Positions 58,513-64,000 of a stretch of DNA of 64,000 nt are shown here, piece by piece. The notes under the pieces were generated by a model. It was given only the letters and a program-made list of their open reading frames with translations, made no database searches and was not told where the DNA came from. The stretch lies in NCBI GenBank assembly GCA_963727525.1, contig CAVSGO010000007.1, forward strand, positions 96,001 to 160,000, given 5' to 3'. Made by a program: the position numbers and the translations under genes. The stretch comes from an uncultured bacterium (GTDB lineage: Bacteria > Krumholzibacteriota > Krumholzibacteriia > LZORAL124-64-63). How positions within the stretch are numbered: the first letter of the stretch is position 1; each line of letters opens with the position of its first letter.

Positions 58513-59160
58513 ATGATTCGCAGGCTCACGCTCGCGTGCGCCCTCGGCATGCTGCTCGTCGCGCCCGCGGCCCAGGCCCAGCTCGGGTCCATGGTGCCGC
58601 ACTTCGGATTCAAAGCGGGGCTCAACTTCTCGGACATCAACGTGGACGATGTCGACGCCTCGAACCGCACGGGCTGGGGCGCCGGATTCTACGCCGACCT
58701 CGCCTCGCCTCTGCTGCACTTGCAGCCGGAAGTGCTGTTCATGGCGAAGGGATTCAAGGATGCGACCCTGACCACGGACCACCGCTTCGATGCGCGCCGC
58801 TACGGCGTGGAGATCCCGGTGCTCGTCGTCCTCGACCTGCCGATGCCGATGATCCGGCCGCGCGCCTTCATCGGACCGGCCCTGACCATCCCGCTCAAGA
58901 GCGAGATCAACATCGGCGGCACCTGGTACGACATCAACAACGACAGCAAGACGAGCTGGAGCCTCGTCGTCGGCGCCGGCGCCACCCTCCTGAACAAGGT
59001 GGGCCTGGAACTGCGTTACGACATCGGCCTGAGCGAGCTGAACAAGCGCCCGCTCGACCAGATCGTCGAAGACGTCAATGACGAGTTCGCCAGCCAGGAA
59101 CGCACCCCGGATCTCAAGGACCGGACGTTCAGCGTGATGGCTTCGATCGCCTTCAACTAG
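58513..59160 (+). CDS. Small outer-membrane beta-barrel (porin family / PorT-like) protein
   Basis: Signal peptide, FGFKAGLNFS, LQPEVLF..KG, ELRYDIGL, C-terminal ..ASIAFN. RBS AAGGAGG. Confidence 0.85.
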   Translation: MIRRLTLACALGMLLVAPAAQAQLGSMVPHFGFKAGLNFSDINVDDVDASNRTGWGAGFYADLASPLLHLQPEVLFMAKGFKDATLTTDHRFDARRYGVEIPVLVVLDLPMPMIRPRAFIGPALTIPLKSEINIGGTWYDINNDSKTSWSLVVGAGATLLNKVGLELRYDIGLSELNKRPLDQIVEDVNDEFASQERTPDLKDRTFSVMASIAFN

Positions 59161-59250
59161 CACCGTCCGTGGCCGCTGCCGCCTTCGGTGGACGTGGACT
59201 GCCAACGGGCTTACACTGCCTGCTCCATCCTCCACCGGAGGTCGTCCGCC

Positions 59251-62200
59251 ATGCCCGTGTCCCGTCCCGTCGACCTGGTCACGCTGCCGCGCCGGCGCAT
59301 CCTCGTGCTCGATGGTGCCATGGGCACGATGCTGCAGGCCCACCGGCTCGGCGAGGAGGACTATCGCGGCATCCTGCTGCGGGACCACCCCCGCGACGTC
59401 AAGGGCAACCACGACCTGCTCTGCCTCACGCAGCCTGACATTGTGCGTGGCGTGCACGAGGCATACTTCGCGGCGGGCGCCGATATCGTCACCACCAACA
59501 CGTTCAATGGCACGGCCATCTCGCAGATCGAGTACGGCACCGTGCATCTCGTGGGCGAGATCAACCGCGCGGCGGCGCGTCTGGCCCGCGAAGCTGCCGA
59601 TGCAGCCACGCGGCGCACGCCGGACAGGCCGCGCTTCGTCGCGGGCAGCCTGCCGCCCACAAACCGCACGGCATCGCTCTCACCGGACGTCGATCGGCCC
59701 GGCCTGCGCACCGTCACGTTCGCGGAGCTGGCAGCCGCGTACACGGAACAAGCCGAGGCGCTCCTCGACGGTGGCGTGGATATCCTGCTCGTCGAGACCA
59801 TCTTCGACACGCTGAACGCCAAGGCCGCGCTTTTTGCCATCGCGGACGTGCTCGCCCGGCGCGGGTCACGCGTGCCGATCTGGATCAGCGGCACCATCAC
59901 CGACCGCAGCGGCCGCACGTTGAGCGGCCAGACGCCCGAGGCGTTCTGGGCCTCGGTGCGTCACGCACGGCCCTGGGTGGTGGGCTTCAACTGTGCGCTG
60001 GGCCCCGACCTGTTGCGGCCTCACGTGGCATCGCTGGCGCGGCTGGCCGACACCTGCGTGAGTGCGCATCCCAACGCCGGCCTTCCCAATGACCTCGGCG
60101 GCTACGATGAGACCCCGGCGCAGATCGCGGCCGCCCTCGGCGAGTGGGCGCGTGATGGCCTCGTGAACATCGTGGGCGGATGCTGCGGCACCACCCCCGA
60201 GCACATCGCCGCCATCGTCGATGCGGTGGCGGGAGTCCCGCCGCGCGGTGTGGTGGCGGCGCCCCGGTCCACGCTGCTCAGCGGCCTCGAGCCGCTGGCC
60301 ATCAACGCCGACTCGCTCTTCGTCAACGTGGGCGAGCGCACGAACGTGGCCGGCAGTCGCCGTTTCGCGAGGCTCATCCGCGACGGCGCCCACGAGGCTG
60401 CCCTCGACGTGGCCCGCGACCAGGTGCGTGGCGGGGCCCAGATCATCGATGTCAACATGGACGACGCCCTGCTCGACGCTCCGACCTGCATGCGCGAGTT
60501 CCTCAACACGCTGGGCAGCGACCCAGAGATCGCCCGCGTGCCCGTGATGATCGATTCCAGCCGCTGGGAAGCCATCGAGGCCGGGCTGCAGTGTGTCCAG
60601 GGCAAGGCCGTCGTCAACTCGATCAGCATGAAGGAAGGCGAGGACGCGTTCCGCGCCCGCGCGCGCCTGGTGCGCCAGTACGGCGCGGCCGCCGTCGTCA
60701 TGGCCTTCGACGAGAAGGGCCAGGCCGACACCCTCGCCCGGCGCATCGCGGTATGCCGCCGTGCCTACCGTATCCTGGTGGACGACGAGGGCTGGGATCC
60801 GCACGACATCATCTTCGATCCCAATGTCTTCGCCGTGGCCACGGGTCTACCGGAGCACGACCGCTACGCCCTCGACTTCCTCGAGGCCGCGCGCTGGATC
60901 AAGAGCAACTTGCCGGGAGCATTGATTTCCGGCGGTATCAGCAACCTCAGCTTCAGCTATCGCGGCAACGACGCCGTACGCGAGGCGATGCACGCCGTAT
61001 TCCTCTATCACGCCATCGACGCCGGGCTGGACATGGGCATCGTCAACGCGGGCCGGTTGCCGGTGTACGTGGACATCGAGCCCGCCCTGCGCGAGGCCGT
61101 GGAAGATGTCATCCTCGCCCGCCGACCCGATGCGGGCGACCGCCTCACCGCGATCGCCCAGAACGCCGCCGGCGACAGGCGGCGCGATCCGGCCGCCGAT
61201 GTCGCCTGGCGCGAGGCGCCGGTGGCGGAGCGCCTGTCCCACGCACTCGTGCACGGCATCCTCGACCACATCGAGCCCGACACGCTCGCGGCCTTCGCGG
61301 AACTGGGGGAGCCCCTGGCGGTGATCGAGGGCCCGCTGATGGACGGTATGAATCGCGTCGGCGACCTCTTCGGCGCGGGCAAGATGTTCCTGCCCCAGGT
61401 CATTCGCAGCGCACGGGTGATGAAGCAGGCGGTGGCCGTGCTCGAACCGTACCTGCTCGAGCGCAAGGAGTCGGGCGCTGCGAGAAACGCCGGCACCGTG
61501 CTGCTCGCCACGGTGAAGGGCGATGTGCATGACATCGGCAAGAACATCGTGGGGGTGGTGCTGGGGTGTAATAACTACGAGGTGATCGATCTGGGCGTCA
61601 TGGTGCCCGCCGATCGCATCCTCGCCACCGCGCGCGAGAAGCAGGTGGACGTCATCGGGTTGAGCGGCCTCATCACGCCCTCGCTCGACGAGATGGTGCA
61701 AGTTGCCGGCGAGATGCAGCGCCTCGGCCTGGAATTGCCGCTTCTCATCGGCGGCGCGACCACCAGCCGCACACATACCGCGGTGAAGATCGATCCGGCC
61801 TATGCCGGCCCTGTGGTGCATGTGCTCGATGCCTCGCGCGCCCCCGGCGTGGTGGGCAAGCTCCTCGACCCGCGCCGGCGTCGCGATTTTGCCGCCACCA
61901 CCAAGACGGAGTACGATGGCGTGCGTGTGAGCCGAACGCAGCAGGCCGAGGGGCGTCAACTCCTGGCGCTCGCCGAGGCGCGCCAACGGCCAGCCGTGGA
62001 CGACGATGCCGTACCGCCGCGACCTCTGCAGCCGGGCATCACGGTGCTCGACGACGTCGCGGTGGCCGATCTGCGTCCGTACATCGACTGGACGCCCTTC
62101 TTCCACACCTGGCAGCTCAGGGGCAGCTATCCCGGTATCTTCGCCAAGTCCGACGTGGGGCCCGAGGCGCGGCGACTGTTCGACGATGCGCAATCGCTCC

Positions 62201-62916
62201 TCGACACGCTGCAGGGTACCGGTGGCTTGCAGGCGCGAGGCATTGCCGGACTCTTCCCGGCGGCGCGGACCGGCGACGACGTCACGATCTTCACCGACGA
62301 GGATCGCCGGACAACCCGCACCGTCTTGCACTTCCTGCGCCGACAGCGACCCGATAGCCAGGGCGGGCGCTGCCCTTGCCTGGCCGATCTCGTCGCCCCC
62401 GCGGACGATTGGATCGGAGCATTCGTCGTGTCGACCGGCTTCGGCGCCGATGCGGCCGCGGCGGGATTCGAACGCCAAGGCGACGACTACCGCGCCATCA
62501 TGGTCAAGGCCCTCGCCGACCGGCTCGCCGAGGCATTTGCCGAGCATCTGCATCGCGAGGTGCGCACCCGCCTCTGGGGCTACGCACCCGACGAGGACCG
62601 CGACAACGCCCGTCTCATCCGCGAGGAGTACCGGGGCATCCGCCCGGCGCCCGGCTATCCCGGCTGCCCCGATCACACCGAGAAGACGGCGCTCTTCGCC
62701 CTGCTCGACGCACCTCGCGCCCTCGGCGTGGAGTTGACGGAGAGTTGCATGGTGATCCCGGCAGCCTCGGTCTGCGGCTACTACTTCGCACACCCGCAGG
62801 CGCGTTACTTCGGACTCGGCAAGATCGCGCCTGATCAACTCGCCGACTACGCCGTGCGCAAGGGATGGACGCAGGCGGAGGCGGAGCGCTGGCTCGCGCC
62901 CGTGCTCGCCGGCTGA
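59251..62916 (+). CDS. metH: Cobalamin-dependent methionine synthase
   Basis: [43 protein letters not shown]. Confidence 0.98.
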   Translation: MPVSRPVDLVTLPRRRILVLDGAMGTMLQAHRLGEEDYRGILLRDHPRDVKGNHDLLCLTQPDIVRGVHEAYFAAGADIVTTNTFNGTAISQIEYGTVHLVGEINRAAARLAREAADAATRRTPDRPRFVAGSLPPTNRTASLSPDVDRPGLRTVTFAELAAAYTEQAEALLDGGVDILLVETIFDTLNAKAALFAIADVLARRGSRVPIWISGTITDRSGRTLSGQTPEAFWASVRHARPWVVGFNCALGPDLLRPHVASLARLADTCVSAHPNAGLPNDLGGYDETPAQIAAALGEWARDGLVNIVGGCCGTTPEHIAAIVDAVAGVPPRGVVAAPRSTLLSGLEPLAINADSLFVNVGERTNVAGSRRFARLIRDGAHEAALDVARDQVRGGAQIIDVNMDDALLDAPTCMREFLNTLGSDPEIARVPVMIDSSRWEAIEAGLQCVQGKAVVNSISMKEGEDAFRARARLVRQYGAAAVVMAFDEKGQADTLARRIAVCRRAYRILVDDEGWDPHDIIFDPNVFAVATGLPEHDRYALDFLEAARWIKSNLPGALISGGISNLSFSYRGNDAVREAMHAVFLYHAIDAGLDMGIVNAGRLPVYVDIEPALREAVEDVILARRPDAGDRLTAIAQNAAGDRRRDPAADVAWREAPVAERLSHALVHGILDHIEPDTLAAFAELGEPLAVIEGPLMDGMNRVGDLFGAGKMFLPQVIRSARVMKQAVAVLEPYLLERKESGAARNAGTVLLATVKGDVHDIGKNIVGVVLGCNNYEVIDLGVMVPADRILATAREKQVDVIGLSGLITPSLDEMVQVAGEMQRLGLELPLLIGGATTSRTHTAVKIDPAYAGPVVHVLDASRAPGVVGKLLDPRRRRDFAATTKTEYDGVRVSRTQQAEGRQLLALAEARQRPAVDDDAVPPRPLQPGITVLDDVAVADLRPYIDWTPFFHTWQLRGSYPGIFAKSDVGPEARRLFDDAQSLLDTLQGTGGLQARGIAGLFPAARTGDDVTIFTDEDRRTTRTVLHFLRRQRPDSQGGRCPCLADLVAPADDWIGAFVVSTGFGADAAAAGFERQGDDYRAIMVKALADRLAEAFAEHLHREVRTRLWGYAPDEDRDNARLIREEYRGIRPAPGYPGCPDHTEKTALFALLDAPRALGVELTESCMVIPAASVCGYYFAHPQARYFGLGKIAPDQLADYAVRKGWTQAEAERWLAPVLAG

Positions 62917-62923
62917 GTAGCCG

Positions 62924-63718
62924 TCAACCGTCCGCGAGCCACCGCAGGAATTCGGCGACCGCGGCCGGGTCCGCGAGGTTGTATGCGGCTCGCGACGGCA
63001 TCGTGGGATCCCCCACCCGCACGGTCAGGCCGAGATCGCGCACCGCGGCAAAGGTGTCCTCATCGGTGTCGTCGTCGCCGATGGCGATCACCGCCGACGT
63101 CCGCGGCTCGATCCCGGCGGCTTCGAGCAACCAGCGGGACGCCCGACCTTTGTCCCAGTCGAGATCCGGCACGAGCTCGCGCACCCGTTTGCCGGTGCGC
63201 AGGCGCAATCCGAGTTCCGCGGCGCACGCGGCCGCCGTCGCCCGGACACGGTCCACGTCGGTGGGGGATACCTGGCGATCGTGCACCGCGACGGAGAACC
63301 CCTTGGGTTCGATCACGACGCCCGCGACGTCGCCCAGCGCGGCGCACAACCGCCGCGTGGCCTCGGTCACGGCGTGGATATCGGCATCGGCGAGCGGTCC
63401 GCCGGTCTCGTCGCGCGGCCCCGCGATCTCCAGACCATGGCAACCGGCGTACCAGAGACAAGGTACGTCCACGCGTGCGCGTACATCCGCGACGCCGCGC
63501 CCGCTGATGATGGCGACAGGATATCGCGCCGCCAGGCGTACCAGGATATGCCTCGTCGCCGTCGGGAGCGCCGCGGCACCGGGATCGTCGACGATGGGCG
63601 ACAGGGTGCCGTCGAAGTCGAGCAGCAGCGCAAGGGGGCGTTGCGTCCGCCAGCGCGCGATGACGTCGCGCGAGACCAGGGCGTCGGGCCGGGCCGCGTT
63701 GGGGGAGCCGTCGTGCAT
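62924..63718 (-). CDS. otsB: Trehalose-6-phosphate phosphatase
   Basis: LLDFDGTLSPI, ISGR, AGCHGLE, WDKG, IGDDDTDEDTF. Confidence 0.92.
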   Translation of the reverse strand: MHDGSPNAARPDALVSRDVIARWRTQRPLALLLDFDGTLSPIVDDPGAAALPTATRHILVRLAARYPVAIISGRGVADVRARVDVPCLWYAGCHGLEIAGPRDETGGPLADADIHAVTEATRRLCAALGDVAGVVIEPKGFSVAVHDRQVSPTDVDRVRATAAACAAELGLRLRTGKRVRELVPDLDWDKGRASRWLLEAAGIEPRTSAVIAIGDDDTDEDTFAAVRDLGLTVRVGDPTMPSRAAYNLADPAAVAEFLRWLADG

Positions 63719-63727
63719 GGGCCACAA

Positions 63728-63764
63728 GGAAAGCGGGGCGGGGCCAACCGGCCACCCGCCCCGC
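63728..63764 (-). terminator. Terminator-like hairpin after the FlgD-tailed gene
   Basis: Minus strand gcggggcggg..cccgccccgc followed by tttcc. Confidence 0.45.
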
Positions 63765-63784
63765 ATCGCTATCGGGAACGGCGC

Positions 63785-64000
63785 CTAGCGGACGAGACTC
63801 AGTTTCGCCGTCGCCAGGACATGGCCGTCCGATTCGAGCCTGGCCATGTACGTGCCCGCCGCCACGGCGCGTCCACCGGCGTCGCAGCCGTTCCACCGTA
63901 GTTCGTGCGTGCCGACGGACAGCGTGCCCTGCCACAACTCGGCGATTCGATGCCCGCGCGTGTCGTAGATCGCCAGACGCACGTCGGCGGATGTGTCGAG
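63785..64000 (-). CDS. 3' end of a secreted protein with a FlgD-Ig/CTD-like domain (runs off the window)
   Basis: VRLAIYDTRGHRI..WNGCDAGGRAVAAGTYMARL..KLSLVR. Confidence 0.85.
   Translation of the reverse strand, partial: LDTSADVRLAIYDTRGHRIAELWQGTLSVGTHELRWNGCDAGGRAVAAGTYMARLESDGHVLATAKLSLVR

Noticed and set aside
59161-59250. SAM or cobalamin riboswitch before metH
   Set aside because: The gap is only about 90 bp and has no recognisable aptamer core.

Overview
A high-GC bacterial chromosomal segment, densely coding, with about 40 supportable CDSs, one CAT-anticodon tRNA and a PyrR attenuator. Six secreted proteins end in a FlgD-Ig/T9SS-CTD-like domain (PNPFNP-type motif), which suggests an FCB-group organism such as Krumholzibacteriota, Latescibacterota or Eisenbacteria (inference only). 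Housekeeping blocks are pyrR-pyrB-pyrC-(TPR lipoprotein)-pyrK-pyrD, tRNA-tilS-ftsH-folP-cdaA, ilvC, metH and otsB. The most interesting observations are: (1) a signalling cluster at 42.0-46.9 kb whose modules all look degenerate (pseudo-chemoreceptor, small HTH protein, STAS/GAF-like/HD-GYP protein lacking the HD residues), lying directly behind a DUF3524/GTDC1-like glycosyltransferase-HAD-esterase operon; (2) a chemoreceptor behind a sigma-28-like promoter, with an apparently extracytoplasmic CZB zinc site and a 7-Cys C-terminal domain; (3) a fibre-like 'FTYQG' protein coupled to a small FlgD-tailed 'DLSWSTIDGGG' protein; (4) a C25 peptidase with no recognisable catalytic His; (5) a rod-shaped candidate ncRNA near 46.9 kb; (6) a 64-bp dispersed repeat bracketing a segment where an ArsR cassette abuts a 5'-truncated gene; (7) a MacAB/YknWXZ-like operon without its ATPase. 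No CRISPR array, rRNA, integrase or intact transposase was seen. Family calls come from reading motifs by eye. No database searches were run, and start codons were re-chosen from RBS and overlap evidence where the ORF track over-extends.
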